Origin: Trueperaceae bacterium
GTDB lineage: Bacteria; Deinococcota; Deinococci; Deinococcales; Trueperaceae
Reading direction: 5' to 3'
NCBI GenBank assembly: GCA_965214405.1
Contig: OZ243956.1
Coordinates: forward strand, 736,001-800,000
Length of the DNA stretch: 64,000 nucleotides
In this document: piece after piece, positions 10,497 to 21,783 of the stretch
How the letters are laid out: each line of letters starts with the position of its first letter
How positions within the stretch are numbered: position 1 is the first letter of the stretch
Translations under genes and position numbers: made by a program
The notes under the pieces: generated by a model
Seen by the model: the letters and a program-made list of their open reading frames with translations, nothing else
Told to the model about the DNA's origin: nothing
Database searches by the model: none

Positions 10497-11047
10497 TGTG
10501 CCCCTCCTCTTGCAGCGTCTCTACCGCCGAAGTATAAGATCATGCCCCGTGGGGATTTGCTGAACATAAAGAGAGGCGGCGTGAGGCTCGAGCGGCACCA
10601 GCCGGAGCGTGGGGCTACAGACGACCGGGTGCAACACTGTTAGCCCGCCTCTGATGATTTTCGGTCTAACGACTGAACCAAAACACCAGCCGGACGTGCG
10701 AGAGGTCGCCATATTGCGTGAGTCTATCAAAAAGCTCGAGAACACCCTCCCCAACCAGAGCGGCGTGGGTGTCGGTCCAGCGGACGATCACACCGTCACG
10801 CTCGAGCGCAGCATAGCCCTTTTGAACGTCTTTCGGTCAATCAGCCGCCACGCCTCTATGACCACGCCTATACGAGAGGATGAAGTAGCTACTGCACAAG
10901 AGATGGTCGTCGAAGCCGAAAAGGCACGACTTTTTCGCAACATACCCCAGCTACCCGCTTTAGCAAAGACGGTTTTTGTAACAAGGCACCCGTGTAAGAA
11001 TTTTGCAAGACTTCTTCGACTAGAGTGGCGTCTAAGGAGACCGCACC

Positions 11048-12811
11048 TTGTTGGACGCCGGAACAGCCCCCCCACCCAACCACGCCTTTAGCGCCGCCGA
11101 AGTGGACGCGCTCATCAGCCGCGCCTGGGAGGTGCGCTTCAGCGACGCGGAGGGGGCGCTCGCGCTCTGCGAAAGGGCGCTCGAGGAGGCTCGGAGGCTG
11201 AGTTGCCAAACGGGCGTGGCGCTCAGCCTCTACGTCAGGAGCAACCTGTTTTTACGGCTCTCGAACCCGCAAGGCGCACTCAAGGACGCGTTGGCGGCGC
11301 TGCCGCATTTCGAGAGGCTGGGCGACGGGCGGAGAACCCAGAACACCCTGAATATGCTCGGCCTCATCAGCTCCGAACTGGGCGAACTCAACGAGGCGCT
11401 TCACTACTATCTCGCCAGGTATCACCTTTGCGAGGGACGCGGCGACGAAGACGAGGCCGAAGCGCTCCAGAACTTGGGCTACATCCACGACTACCTGGGC
11501 AACCACGCGGACTCGCTCGCTTACAACCTCAAGAGCTGGAAGCTCTGCACCGCCTCCGGCAACCGTGACGGGGAAACGCGGCTCCTTAACAACATCGGCT
11601 ACAGCTACTACCGGCTGGGCCGGTTTGAGGCGGCGCTCGAGCATTACCGCAAGGCCCTGGGCCTAAACGGGGCCGACGAAAACCTCCACGCCCTCTTGTT
11701 AGACAACATGGCGCTCGCGTTCGAAAAGCTCGGCGACGTTGCAGACGCGCTCGCCTATCAGCAGCAAAGCCTGAGCTTCCGCGAAGCGCAGGGCGACAAG
11801 CGGGGCGTCTCCTACTCGCTCGGTAGCCTGGGCTCCATCCATAAAGCGCTGGGAGAAGAGAACAAAGCGCAGGCCTGTCTCGAGCGGAGTCTGGCGCTCA
11901 AAAAGGCGCTGGGCGACCAGAAGGGCGAGGCGGAGACGCTTCTGCTCTTGGGCGGGCTGTTCTTGGACCAAGAGCAGCCGAGCCAGGCCCTGCCCCTGTT
12001 GCAGGGCGCGCTCGCAGCCGCCGTGCGGAGCGGGAGTCAGGACAACATCTACGGCGCGCACAAGAGGCTTTTCGAGGCGTTCAAGCGCAGCGGGCGGCTG
12101 GCCGAGGCGCTGGCGCATCACGAGCGCTACTGCGAGGTGAAAGAGCGCGTGGTTAACGAGGCCTCGAGCCGCGCCTTGGGAAGCCTGCGGGTGCAGTTCG
12201 AGACCGAGCAGGCCGAGCGCGAGCGCGAAATCTACCGCCTCAAGAACGTGGAGCTCGCCCACGCCAACAAAGAGCTAAAGGCGCTCAACGAGCAGGCGAC
12301 GGAGCTGCTCGCGCAGCTCGAGCGTCAGACCAAAGAGGACGCGCTAACAGGCCTTTTTAACCGCCGCCACGCCGACGCGCGGCGGCGCGAGGAGTTCTCA
12401 CGGGCGCGCCGCTTCGGCCACGCGCTGAGCGTCGCGCTTTGCGACATCGACAACTTCAAACGCGTCAACGATACCTTTTCGCACGCCGTGGGCGACGAGG
12501 TGCTAAGGATTGTGGCGCGGCTTTTCAGGGAACACCTGCGCGAGGTCGACACCGCCGCGCGTTACGGCGGCGAGGAGTTCGTGCTGCTCTTTCCGGAAAC
12601 CGCCGCGCGAGGCGCCTGTACCGCCCTCGACGAACTCCGCCGAGGGGTCGCGGCCTATTCCTGGGACACGGTGGCCCCCGGCCTTACGGTCACGCTCAGT
12701 ATCGGGCTGTCAGACGATACGAGCGTGCCCGACCACGAAAAACTGGTGGCGCTGGCGGACGCTAAGCTTTACGAGGCCAAGCGCTCGGGCAAAAATCAAG
12801 TGAGGGCTTAG
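11048..12811 (+). CDS. TPR-repeat diguanylate cyclase
   Basis: Multiple TPRs (NNIGYSYYRLGRFEAALEHY), coiled coil, DALTGLFNRR, RxxD I-site, GGEEF. Confidence 0.93.
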   Translation: MLDAGTAPPPNHAFSAAEVDALISRAWEVRFSDAEGALALCERALEEARRLSCQTGVALSLYVRSNLFLRLSNPQGALKDALAALPHFERLGDGRRTQNTLNMLGLISSELGELNEALHYYLARYHLCEGRGDEDEAEALQNLGYIHDYLGNHADSLAYNLKSWKLCTASGNRDGETRLLNNIGYSYYRLGRFEAALEHYRKALGLNGADENLHALLLDNMALAFEKLGDVADALAYQQQSLSFREAQGDKRGVSYSLGSLGSIHKALGEENKAQACLERSLALKKALGDQKGEAETLLLLGGLFLDQEQPSQALPLLQGALAAAVRSGSQDNIYGAHKRLFEAFKRSGRLAEALAHHERYCEVKERVVNEASSRALGSLRVQFETEQAEREREIYRLKNVELAHANKELKALNEQATELLAQLERQTKEDALTGLFNRRHADARRREEFSRARRFGHALSVALCDIDNFKRVNDTFSHAVGDEVLRIVARLFREHLREVDTAARYGGEEFVLLFPETAARGACTALDELRRGVAAYSWDTVAPGLTVTLSIGLSDDTSVPDHEKLVALADAKLYEAKRSGKNQVRA

Positions 12812-13153
12812 GTGCCGGGGGTAAGCAGGGGTTTAGGCGACCGAGGGTGCGGGGTCGCCTTGGATGGTTAATTTCGTGACCCGCTTGCCGCATTCCCCTC
12901 CAATCAGGCGGTCTACGACCTTCAGCTTCTACCGACACGCAGAGGCGAGGGCGGTATAGCGATTTTCACGGTCACTTAAGCGAATAGAGCGCAGGTATAG
13001 GTATTCCTTCCATCCTTTACAGGGCACACACCATCTCTTGAACTACGTCCTACACGGTAATTGACAGACTGAACCCCACCCAAACCAGGGTACTGCCTGC
13101 TACCATGCTATTGGTTACGGGCGAAATAAACACCACCGGCTGACCTTGGCTGC

Positions 13154-13389
13154 TCACACCCGCTCGAGTATCTCGCTCACGTCGAGCGCGTAAAGCTGCC
13201 TGCCGCTCCCCCCGTGGGCTGAATCGATGATCACGGTCCGGCCGTCTTGACTCGAGCGCGGGTGCAGGTCGCAACGCCACTCGCCCGTATAAACCTCAGG
13301 CGCATAAAAACGCCCAAGCTCCACGCGCTTTTGGCTCGGCACATGGTACAGATAAAGCTCCTGAAAACGGTCTTTTGGCGGGTGATACC
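13154..13389 (-). pseudogene. C-terminal fragment of a beta-propeller protein (oligogalacturonate lyase/TolB-like)
   Basis: QELYLYHV...WRCDLHPRSSQDGRTVIIDSAHGGSGRQLY; no N-terminal part in frame. Confidence 0.6.
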
Positions 13390-13894
13390 AACTGCCCAAC
13401 CAAATGCCATAAATGGCTTGTCATAGTCGGTCGCTCTGAACGTACTTTTGTTCGAACGGTTCATGGCCTTTCAACTGGCGCTTGGTATAAGCGGCAATCG
13501 GCGTTTATTAGGTCTAGCAAGAAAAGTGCTAAAGCGTCAATGACCTGACGGCTCGAGGAGGACGTGTTTTGTCAGACCTGCTTACTCACTGGGCGGTATA
13601 CGAAGACTGCCGACGGTTGACCCCGCTGGCCGGTGGCGTCGAGCCGCTTTTCGAAGAGCTTATCGAGACAGAGAGAGTACGCGCGGCTAGGCGCCATCAC
13701 GCGTGGCGGCAACCGCTGGATGACCAGCATTTTAGAACGTGCTTATGACAACTGGGGGCATCAGGAACAGGAGTCCCGTCTGGGTCAAAAGGTCGCCTTT
13801 AGCCTTGGCGGCCTCACCCACCAGGCGTGTGACAACCTGATGAATCCCCTTATGAAGCGGCGCGCCGACTCGAAGCGGGAGATATCGGCCTACT

Positions 13895-15024
13895 CTCAGT
13901 ACACGACAGATTTGAAATAAAGGGCTCTCCAGTGAAGAATGGATGTTGCGAGACACCACTTCAAGGGAGAGCATATGAAGCATACCGGGTTGCTGGCACA
14001 GTTGAAAGCGAGCGGCTTAAAGCTGCACCCGTCACGGCTTAAGTTCTTGAGCTTGTTGATGATCGCGATGGTGCAGGCAAAGACGGTGAACTTGGCGACG
14101 TTGGTAGGCATGATGGAGGGCAGAGCCCAGCCGGACTCGCTTTACAGACGGGCGCAACGGTTTTTCCAAGGCTTGCACTTGGCCGATGAGACAGTTTTCA
14201 GGTACGCGCTGAGTCTAGGTCCCAAGCGAAGCTACAGCCTGTGCCTAGACCGGACGAACTGGAAGTTTGGCAAACTCGACATCAACATCTTGACCCTGGC
14301 TTATGCGCATGAGGGCGTAGCGGTTCCCTTACTGTGGTGTCTTTTGCCCAAGGCTGGCAACTCCGCCACGCAAGAACGCATTACGCTTTTGGAGCGTTTG
14401 CTAAAACTTTTGCCCGTAGACCAGCTAGAGGTGCTGCTAGCCGATAGGGAGTTCATCGGGGGCGACTGGTTCGCTTATCTTGAGCGTAAGCACATCCCTT
14501 TCGTTATCCGCGTGCGTAAAGACGCTCTCGGTGATGGCTGGTTTCATCTGTTCGGCTTTTTCCAGCATCTACCTGTGGGTGAGCACAAGGTACTTAAACA
14601 GCGCTACACTGTCTTTGGTGTTGAGCTTGGGGTTGCAGGCGCGCGTTTAGAGGGTGGAGAATACATCATCGTCGTCACCAACCGCAATCCTAAGCAGGCC
14701 CTCGCAAGCTACGCGAAGCGCTGGCAGATAGAATGCTTGTTCAAAGCCTTGAAAAGCAGCGGCTTTGACTTTGAAGCTACGCATCTCAAGCACCTAGAGC
14801 GCATTAACACCTTACTTGTCGTTGTGACCCTGGCTTTCTTATGGGCCTTGAAAGTCGGAGCATTTGTTCACCGTCAGCTCAAACCTGTTCGAATGAAGTC
14901 GCACGGGCGCAAGCAGAAGTCTTTATTCCGGGCAGGCTTAGACCATCTCAGGCATCTGCTCACCAACTCGGCAACCAAAAAGCCTGACCTGGACCGCTGT
15001 TTTCGGCTTTTGTCGTGTACTTAG
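13895..15024 (+). mobile_element. IS4-family insertion sequence, 1130 bp
   Basis: Imperfect terminal IRs CTCAGTACACGACAGAT and CTAAGTACACGACAAAA (reverse complement of the right end); 9-bp target duplication CGGCCTACT at 13886-13894 and 15025-15033. Confidence 0.95.
13939..15024 (+). CDS. IS4-family DDE transposase (start may be ATG 13975)
   Basis: LDRTNWK, LADREFIG, YAKRWQIECLFKALK (YREK signature). The stop codon lies in the right IR. Confidence 0.95.
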   Translation: MDVARHHFKGEHMKHTGLLAQLKASGLKLHPSRLKFLSLLMIAMVQAKTVNLATLVGMMEGRAQPDSLYRRAQRFFQGLHLADETVFRYALSLGPKRSYSLCLDRTNWKFGKLDINILTLAYAHEGVAVPLLWCLLPKAGNSATQERITLLERLLKLLPVDQLEVLLADREFIGGDWFAYLERKHIPFVIRVRKDALGDGWFHLFGFFQHLPVGEHKVLKQRYTVFGVELGVAGARLEGGEYIIVVTNRNPKQALASYAKRWQIECLFKALKSSGFDFEATHLKHLERINTLLVVVTLAFLWALKVGAFVHRQLKPVRMKSHGRKQKSLFRAGLDHLRHLLTNSATKKPDLDRCFRLLSCT

Positions 15025-15359
15025 CGGCCTACTACGACACCCACGTCTTTCGGCAGGTTTACTTGAACGGCGGGGCGGAGCCCTTCAACCGCTTTTTGGT
15101 GGCGGATAATGACACAGCGCCCGGTCAAGCGCTCGAGGCTTTCGTGCGTTCCCTCTTTCAGCGGGCGCTCCTCTCGAGCCACACCATTAAACCCGACTTT
15201 GACGATATCGACGCGTGGCTGGACCGCTTGTTCGGCGCGGTGCAGTCCTTAAAGCTCCCCAATTGGGGAGCCTTTATAGCATCTGTTTTTAACGTCGGCG
15301 CACTCACGCTTCTGAAAACTTACTCATGACGACGCGTTTCGAATACCCGCGCACGGACC

Positions 15360-16244
15360 TCAAGCGGGTTTCGACGGGTCGGCGTAGGCCACACAGTAGT
15401 TTGCAAAGTCGCGCGTCGCTTTGACCTCGCTACGATCGGCGGGTCGGGAGGCCTGAGCGTCGTCTCCTTTTCGTAACGCCTGAGCGCGCGCAATCAGCCC
15501 GCGCCAAGCTGGACTCAGCGCCTCTTGCGCCCAGCTCATGGCGACCTTTTTTGACGCCACCTCGCCCGTGTGGAGCGTGTGCAGAATGCGGCAGAACAGG
15601 CCGACCCAAAAGGCTTGCCAGGCGAACACGGGCATGGGCAGGCCGGTGGCGAGAGAGCGATCGAGGGTGAGGCGAACCTCCGCCCGCAAGGCCGCAGCAG
15701 GCACGGGGTCGATGAGGTCTCGAGGGTCCGGCCCGGCCAAAACGACGCCCTTCTCGCGCAGGCACCAGCGCACCACCTGGGTGTTGTCGTGCTCCGAGCG
15801 CACGAGCACCTTTGACCCGTGGTCGAGATACCAGAAGGGGTAGGCCAGCGGCGGGCTGCCCAAGGTGCCGGGATCAGCCCAGTTATCAAGCCTCGGCTCC
15901 CCGGGCGGGTCGCGCGGGGTGGTCGACCAGCGGCGCAGGATGGCCGCGGGGGCGTAGGACCCTTCCAGCCCGGTGCGCCAGTAGGCGTAGGGCAGCTCGT
16001 GAATCTGCGCGTGTAGCCGCCCGAGCGCCTGCAACTCCCCAAACGCAAGGTCGCTGCGGGTGACGACCACGAAGTCGCAGTCGCTGTACTCGCTGTAGTC
16101 GCCCACGGCGAAAGAGCCTTGCAAATAGGCCCCGACGAAGTTACTTTTCAACGCCGCGGTCACGCCTGTGAGCAGATACGAGAGGACGGCGTTGAGCTCG
16201 GGGTAGGGCGTCGGTTCACGCGGGGGCGGCGGTGAATCCGTCAT
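15360..16244 (-). CDS. Nucleotidyltransferase, aminoglycoside adenylyltransferase/DUF4111-like
   Basis: GAYLQGSFAVGDYSEYSDCDFVVV (GS...DxD); C-terminal CRILHTLHTGEVASKK. Confidence 0.8.
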   Translation of the reverse strand: MTDSPPPPREPTPYPELNAVLSYLLTGVTAALKSNFVGAYLQGSFAVGDYSEYSDCDFVVVTRSDLAFGELQALGRLHAQIHELPYAYWRTGLEGSYAPAAILRRWSTTPRDPPGEPRLDNWADPGTLGSPPLAYPFWYLDHGSKVLVRSEHDNTQVVRWCLREKGVVLAGPDPRDLIDPVPAAALRAEVRLTLDRSLATGLPMPVFAWQAFWVGLFCRILHTLHTGEVASKKVAMSWAQEALSPAWRGLIARAQALRKGDDAQASRPADRSEVKATRDFANYCVAYADPSKPA

Positions 16245-16647
16245 GCCGATTCCGAAACCGGAGCGCGTCGTGGGCGGCGCTGAGGGAGCTGCGCGCTCGG
16301 CCCGCTAAGTCCCGAAGCCGCTCGAGACGTCTCACCGCGAAAACCTAATGCCACGTCCCTATCTAAGCGCGCTCGGCGGGGACTGTCAAGGTGCGAGAGG
16401 GCGCGCGAACGCGGTATTGCTCGTGGGGATAGAAAAGGAGAAACGGAGAAGCAAACCGGCGTATCAATAAGCTAAACTGGGAAGCCAAAGCAAGAGCGGG
16501 AACGGCTACCGCGCCCTTTTCGAAGCTGAAAGGCGATGCTGGTACCCCGGCCTAATGAGAGGCTTTTTCGGAATGCTGCGGACACACGTGTGGCGTAGCC
16601 GGGCGGGGTAAGAAGCCTGTCAGAAAGGTCGTGCTAGGGTCTAAGCC

Positions 16648-19254
16648 ATGACGATGCTTGTGCCGAGCGCGGCTCACTCAACGATAACGTCCAGCAGCCC
16701 GTCCGAACCGCTGGAGCAGCCTCTAGACGGGACCATCCTCGAGCACCTGCCGGGCCTATTCCTCCTCCTTGACGCGCGGGGACGGTTGTTGCGCTGGAAC
16801 AAAAACGTAGTGCGGGCCTTGGGCTACGAAGAAGCGGAACTGGTCGCAACACCATTCTTGGGGCTCTTCACTGAGAGCCGCGCTGAACTCCAAAGGGCTG
16901 TAGGAAAGGCTTCCGCAGGAGGGGCCGCTTCGCTCGAGGCCCTTCTGCTGGCGAAAGACGGCTCCACCACCCCCTACCTCCTCACCGCTGAACGCGTTGC
17001 TGTCGGAGGTCAAGTCTATACGGCCGTTACCGGAACGGATCTAAGCGCGCGTAAAGCGGCGGAAGCGGCGCTCGCCGCGAGCGAGGCGCGCTTCCGCGCC
17101 TTTGCCGAGCGCATCGACGACGTGTTCTGGGCGTCCGACCCGGGCCAGGGGCTCAGCTACATCAGCCCCACTTTCGAGAAGGTCTGGGGGAGGTCGCTCG
17201 ACGAACTCCGCAGCAACCACCGCTTGTTTTTGGAGGGCGTCCATCCCGACGACCGGGCGGGGGTCGTCGCGGCCTTTGATAAACGCGTACAGAACGAGGG
17301 GCGAGAGCACGTTGTGGAGTACCGCGTCGTGCATCCCGACGGCGCGGTGCGCTGGCTTAGGGACCGCGCCTATCCTCTTTTGAATGAGCAGGGGGAGGTC
17401 TACCGCGTGCTGGGCGTGGCCGAGGACGTCACGGCGCGTAAAGCGGCGGAGGGGGCGCTTACCGAGCAGCGCGAGCTTTACGAGGTGATGCTCAACGCTC
17501 TGCCCGTGGAGGTGGTGCTTTTTGACGCTTCTCACCGCTACTTGTTCTGCAACCCCACCGCCATAGGGGACGATGAGGTGCGGGAATGGATCATCGGTAA
17601 GGACGACTTCGACTACTGCGCGTACCGGGGTCTCGCCCCTGCTATCGCTCAAACGAGGCGCGCGCACTTCGGGCGGGCGGTGGCGGAGCGTAAAACCGTC
17701 ACCTATGAGGAAAGCTTCGTCAACGCAGAAGGTGAACTCAGAAGCTACTGGCGCCACTTCAAACCCGTGTTCTCGCCCGAGGGCGAGCTGCAACTGGTAC
17801 TCGGCTACGGGCGCGACATCACCAAACGTAAAAGGGCCAAAGAGGAGTTGGAGGGGCTCAACCGCACCCTGGAAGCGCGGGTAAACGAGCGCACGGCGGC
17901 GCTCGCCAAGGCCAACGAGAGACTACAGTTTGAGGCTTTTCATGACGTCTTAACCGGCCTGCCCAACCGCGCGCTGTTTATGGACCGCTTGGAGCAGACT
18001 TTGGCGCGAGGGAAACGGGATAATGACTCCGCCTTTGCGGTGTTCTTCCTCGACTTTGACCGCTTCAAGGTGGTGAACGATTCGTTAGGCCACGCCGCCG
18101 GGGACGCGCTGCTCGTCGCCGTCGGAGAACGCCTCAAACAAGATTTACGCCCCGGCGACACCGTCGCCCGCTTGGGCGGAGACGAGTTCACGCTGCTCGC
18201 CCTGGACGTGAGGGGGGAGGCCGAGGCGCTGGCGCTGGCGGGGCGTCTCAAGGCGTTGTTCATCAAGCCCTTCTGCATCGAGGGCCGCGAGCTGCACATC
18301 AACGCGAGCGTGGGCATCGTGCTTAGCGAACTCGGCTACAGCAGCGCGGCGGACATCCTGCGCGACGCCGACATCGCCATGTACCGCGCCAAAGCGGCGG
18401 GCCGGGGCGAGCACGCGCTCTTTGACGCGGCCATGCGCGAGGGGGCGCGGGCGCTCATGACCCTGGAGTCCGAGTTGCGCACCGCGCTGAGAAGAGAACA
18501 GCTCGAGGTCCACTACCAACCCGTTATCGGCGCGCAAGACGGCGCGCCCTCGGGTTTCGAGGCGTTGGTGCGCTGGCGGCACCCCAGGCGCGGGCTCGTC
18601 TCACCCGCCGCGTTCATTCCCGTTGCCGAAGACGCCAGGCTGATTGCCGACGTCGGCCGCTTCGTCTTGCTCGAGGCGTGTCGGCAGACCGTACTATGGC
18701 AACGGCGGACGGGGCGGCCCCTAACCGTGAACGTCAACGTGTCGAGCCAGGAGTTCGCCCAGGCGGGGTTTGTCGACCAGGTCAAGGGGGCGCTCCGGGA
18801 GGCGGGCTTGCCCGCGCCTTGCTTACGGTTAGAACTCACCGAGACGCTGCTCATGGACGGTTCTCCGGAGGTGAAAGAGACGCTTGAGGGGCTCCGGGCG
18901 CTCGGGGTGGGTTTACAGATTGACGACTTCGGCACCGGCTACTCGTCCTTAGCCTATTTGCAACGCTTTTCGGCGGACGCGCTCAAGATAGACCGCTCAT
19001 TTGTCCATAAGCTGGAGAGCGACGAGAGCGCAGAGCTTGTTAAGACCATCGTGGCGATGGCGCACAACTTGGGGATGCAGGTGGTGGCCGAGGGGGTGGA
19101 AACAGTGGAGCAGCAAAGAACGCTGACGAACTTGGGCTGCGAGTACCTGCAAGGCTACTTGTTCTCGAAGCCGCTGGGAGCAGAGGAGGCGACGGGCTAC
19201 CTCGAGGATAGGACGGGAAGCGCGGGGGGCGGTACGGGACAGCGAGAGTTTTAG
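16648..19254 (+). CDS. PAS-PAS-PAS-GGDEF-EAL protein
   Basis: PAS/PAC motifs (HPDD, EYRVVHPDG), HDVLTGLPNR, RPGD..GGDEF, FEALVRW, IDDFGTGYSSL. Confidence 0.95.
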   Translation: MTMLVPSAAHSTITSSSPSEPLEQPLDGTILEHLPGLFLLLDARGRLLRWNKNVVRALGYEEAELVATPFLGLFTESRAELQRAVGKASAGGAASLEALLLAKDGSTTPYLLTAERVAVGGQVYTAVTGTDLSARKAAEAALAASEARFRAFAERIDDVFWASDPGQGLSYISPTFEKVWGRSLDELRSNHRLFLEGVHPDDRAGVVAAFDKRVQNEGREHVVEYRVVHPDGAVRWLRDRAYPLLNEQGEVYRVLGVAEDVTARKAAEGALTEQRELYEVMLNALPVEVVLFDASHRYLFCNPTAIGDDEVREWIIGKDDFDYCAYRGLAPAIAQTRRAHFGRAVAERKTVTYEESFVNAEGELRSYWRHFKPVFSPEGELQLVLGYGRDITKRKRAKEELEGLNRTLEARVNERTAALAKANERLQFEAFHDVLTGLPNRALFMDRLEQTLARGKRDNDSAFAVFFLDFDRFKVVNDSLGHAAGDALLVAVGERLKQDLRPGDTVARLGGDEFTLLALDVRGEAEALALAGRLKALFIKPFCIEGRELHINASVGIVLSELGYSSAADILRDADIAMYRAKAAGRGEHALFDAAMREGARALMTLESELRTALRREQLEVHYQPVIGAQDGAPSGFEALVRWRHPRRGLVSPAAFIPVAEDARLIADVGRFVLLEACRQTVLWQRRTGRPLTVNVNVSSQEFAQAGFVDQVKGALREAGLPAPCLRLELTETLLMDGSPEVKETLEGLRALGVGLQIDDFGTGYSSLAYLQRFSADALKIDRSFVHKLESDESAELVKTIVAMAHNLGMQVVAEGVETVEQQRTLTNLGCEYLQGYLFSKPLGAEEATGYLEDRTGSAGGGTGQREF

Positions 19255-19334
19255 GTTTCAGTTTAGCGGTTTAGGTTCCAATGCGGTTTAGGTTTCAACG
19301 AAGGGTGACGGAGACCAGACGAAGAGACGGCCTC

Positions 19335-19415
19335 ATGACTCGAGAGCGCCTGATCGAGTCGGCCCTTCACATCCTCAGCCACAAAGGTTCGGAGGCGCTT
19401 TCCCTTGGCGACCTT
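19335..19415 (+). pseudogene. Truncated TetR-family HTH remnant
   Basis: MTRERLIESALHILSHKGSEALSLGDL matches a TetR N-terminus, then similarity is lost. Confidence 0.5.
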
Positions 19416-19591
19416 CCAGCCCCTTGGTTTGCAAAACTCTCACAGCCCCTTTGGCAAGTAGAAGCGGCGCACCCGCGACCTCGGCGAGGTTGCGTAGACC
19501 CGGCGGGGCCGCCAGCCCTGCTCTAAAGAAGCGCGACGCTGCGTCGCGCCGTGATGAACTTGTGACGCCCTTGTTCCAAATCAGTTCGCCA

Positions 19592-20788
19592 TTAGTTCGC
19601 CCGCGTCTGTTGAACGATCTTTCCGCTGGCTTTCTCTTTCAAAATAACTTTCGTCTTCCCGTCCGGCATCCTTTCCTCTTTAACGAGCCAGTGCGCGTCG
19701 TCATAATCCTTGAATCCTCCGCGCGCGCGCCCCGCGTCCGAACCGCGCCAGTCTTTTAACACAACCTCCTCCCACCTTTTACTTTCGGCGGACCTGTAGG
19801 CGGCGTCCATGACGGCGTTGACCACATAACCGTCGTAAAACGTTTCCATAGGCTGGCGGCCCTCCTCGAGCGCGTCGAGCATGTCGGTAAACATGTCGGT
19901 GTAGCCCAGGGCGGTCACCTCGTCCCCGACCGGGAAGAGCCAGCCTTTGTCGCTTTCGGCTTTTTCGGCCACATAATCTCCGCCCACACCCGTCGTAAAC
20001 ATTTCGAAGCCCGTGCGCAGCCAGTGGTTGTTCCAAATCGTGCCTTCGGTGCCCGAGACCTCGTCGCGCAAGTCCATCCCGCCCCGAAAGGTCCAGCTCA
20101 CCTCGAACTGCCCGATCGCGCCGTTCGCGTAGCGCACGAGTCCCACCGCGGTGTCTTCGGCTTCGATAGGGTGGACTTGCGTGTCCGCCCAGCACATGAC
20201 CTCCAGGGGCCTGACCTCTTTGCCGATATAGTTGCGGCTTATCTCGATGCAGTGACAGCCCAAATCGATAATGGCCCCGCCCCCTGAAATTTCTTTGTCC
20301 CAAAACCAGTCGCTGTGAGGGCCGGGATGCGTTTCACGCGAACGCGCCCAGAGCACGCGGCCCAACGCGCCGTTCTTTACGGACTGCAGCGCTTTGAGCG
20401 TTTTGGGTGTGTAGCAAAGGTCCTCGAGGTAGCCGTGAAACACCCCCGCTCGTTCAACGATGTCGAGCATCTCTTTGGCCTCGGCGGCGGTGCGCCCCAA
20501 GGGTTTGGTGCAAAGGACGGCCTTACCCGCGGCGGCGGCCAGCTTGACGGCCTCTAAATGCAAGTTATTGGGTAGACCAATCACCACGACGTCCGTTTGG
20601 GGATGGTTGATGGCGTCGGCCATACGGGTGGTGTGGTGCGGGACGCTGAAGTCTTCGGCGAACGTTTCGGCGCGTTCGCGCGTGCGTGAGTAAACGACCT
20701 CGACGCGGTCGCGGCTGCGACCGCTGTGCAGCGTTTTGGTGTAAAACGCGCCGATAAGTCCTGTGCCCAACATCGTTATCCTGTGCAT
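19592..20788 (-). CDS. Gfo/Idh/MocA oxidoreductase
   Basis: [23 protein letters not shown]. Confidence 0.9.
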   Translation of the reverse strand: MHRITMLGTGLIGAFYTKTLHSGRSRDRVEVVYSRTRERAETFAEDFSVPHHTTRMADAINHPQTDVVVIGLPNNLHLEAVKLAAAAGKAVLCTKPLGRTAAEAKEMLDIVERAGVFHGYLEDLCYTPKTLKALQSVKNGALGRVLWARSRETHPGPHSDWFWDKEISGGGAIIDLGCHCIEISRNYIGKEVRPLEVMCWADTQVHPIEAEDTAVGLVRYANGAIGQFEVSWTFRGGMDLRDEVSGTEGTIWNNHWLRTGFEMFTTGVGGDYVAEKAESDKGWLFPVGDEVTALGYTDMFTDMLDALEEGRQPMETFYDGYVVNAVMDAAYRSAESKRWEEVVLKDWRGSDAGRARGGFKDYDDAHWLVKEERMPDGKTKVILKEKASGKIVQQTRAN

Positions 20789-21783
20789 GGTTGCCTCCTT
20801 CGGGGCTGATGTTGCTGGCGAGCGTAGAGCGCCGCGCCCAAGACGCCGGGCTGCTCGAGCCCCGCCACTTTAAGTTCAGGGACATGTTTTCCAACGACCC
20901 GTAGATGCTTCTGCCACGTTTTTTTGATAATGGGAAAGAGGAGGTCGCTTGCGCCCGCCAGCCCGCCCCCGAAAACGATGCACCCGGGCGCGATCAACGT
21001 GGTCACGTTGGCTGTGGCGATACCGAGGTAGACCGCGACGCGTTCTAATGCTTCTAAGCAGGCGGCGTCCCCTCGTCTAGCCGCCTGAGCGATGGTCTTT
21101 GCATTCACGGCGTTCAGGTCGCCCTTGGTCAAGTCGTACAACACGGGGCTGCGCCCATGTGAGTAAGCCCTGGTCACGCCCGCAACCAAGGCCGGGGCGG
21201 AGGCCACCGTCTCGAGACAGCCCACACCCCCGCAGCCGCACACCAGACCGTTGGGTTCGACGATGTGATGCCCGATTTCACCTGCCAAAGCGCCGTCGCC
21301 AAGGTGAAGCTGGCCGTCAAGCAGCACGCCGCCGCCGACCCCCGTACCCATGACCACGCCGAACACGTCGCGGTAGCCTCGAGCAGCCCCCAAGACGCTC
21401 TCAGCCAACACAAACGCCCGCGCGTCGTTGATCAAAAAAGTCGCCAGGCCCGTTTCCTGGGCTAAAAAGTCAACCATCCCAAAACCAAACCAGCCCTCGG
21501 CAAAGTTGGGCATAACGAGCGTGCGACCCTCGGCAAGGTCGACCGTTGCCGGGACGCCTATCCCAAGCGAGGTGATGGTCACGTCCTCTTGCTCGGCTTT
21601 GCGCTGCAAAGTCTCGAGCGCCGCCAAAACGTCCCTTAAGATGTCGCCTCGAGCCCGGTAGGAACGCGTGAGAAAGCTCTCCGCGAACAGCAGCGTCTTA
21701 CTCTGCACCTCACCCCGTAGCAGCCCCACCCTGGTATTGGTGCCGCCCAAATCAATCCCGATGCTTCCTTCTGATGGTCTCAA
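20776..21783 (-). CDS. ROK family sugar kinase
   Basis: [35 protein letters not shown] start at 21783 inferred from the RBS; no HTH domain. Confidence 0.88.
   Translation of the reverse strand: MRPSEGSIGIDLGGTNTRVGLLRGEVQSKTLLFAESFLTRSYRARGDILRDVLAALETLQRKAEQEDVTITSLGIGVPATVDLAEGRTLVMPNFAEGWFGFGMVDFLAQETGLATFLINDARAFVLAESVLGAARGYRDVFGVVMGTGVGGGVLLDGQLHLGDGALAGEIGHHIVEPNGLVCGCGGVGCLETVASAPALVAGVTRAYSHGRSPVLYDLTKGDLNAVNAKTIAQAARRGDAACLEALERVAVYLGIATANVTTLIAPGCIVFGGGLAGASDLLFPIIKKTWQKHLRVVGKHVPELKVAGLEQPGVLGAALYARQQHQPRRRQPCTG

Larger units (their letters stand above)
13569..15329 (+). pseudogene. Gene of probable Zn-dependent phospholipase C/P1-like fold, frameshifted and IS-interrupted
   Basis: TTG start after GAGGAGG; MSDLLTHW..., frameshift in an AG run near 13666-13677, GGLTHQACD. 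Removing the IS plus one target copy restores the frame EISAY-YDTHVF. Confidence 0.7.

Noticed and set aside
10609..11091. 160-aa ORF upstream of the TPR-GGDEF gene
   Set aside because: No recognisable motif or clear RBS, and it overlaps the next gene. A short real gene cannot be excluded.
16440..16640. c-di-GMP-I riboswitch upstream of the GGDEF-EAL gene
   Set aside because: GCAAACC and CAAAGC-like words occur, but the GNRA-capped stem and spacing do not fit. An Rfam RF01051 search would settle it.
19250..19298. Three GTTTAGGTT(T/C)CA repeats after the EAL gene
   Set aside because: Too short and irregularly spaced to assign a function; likely slippage.
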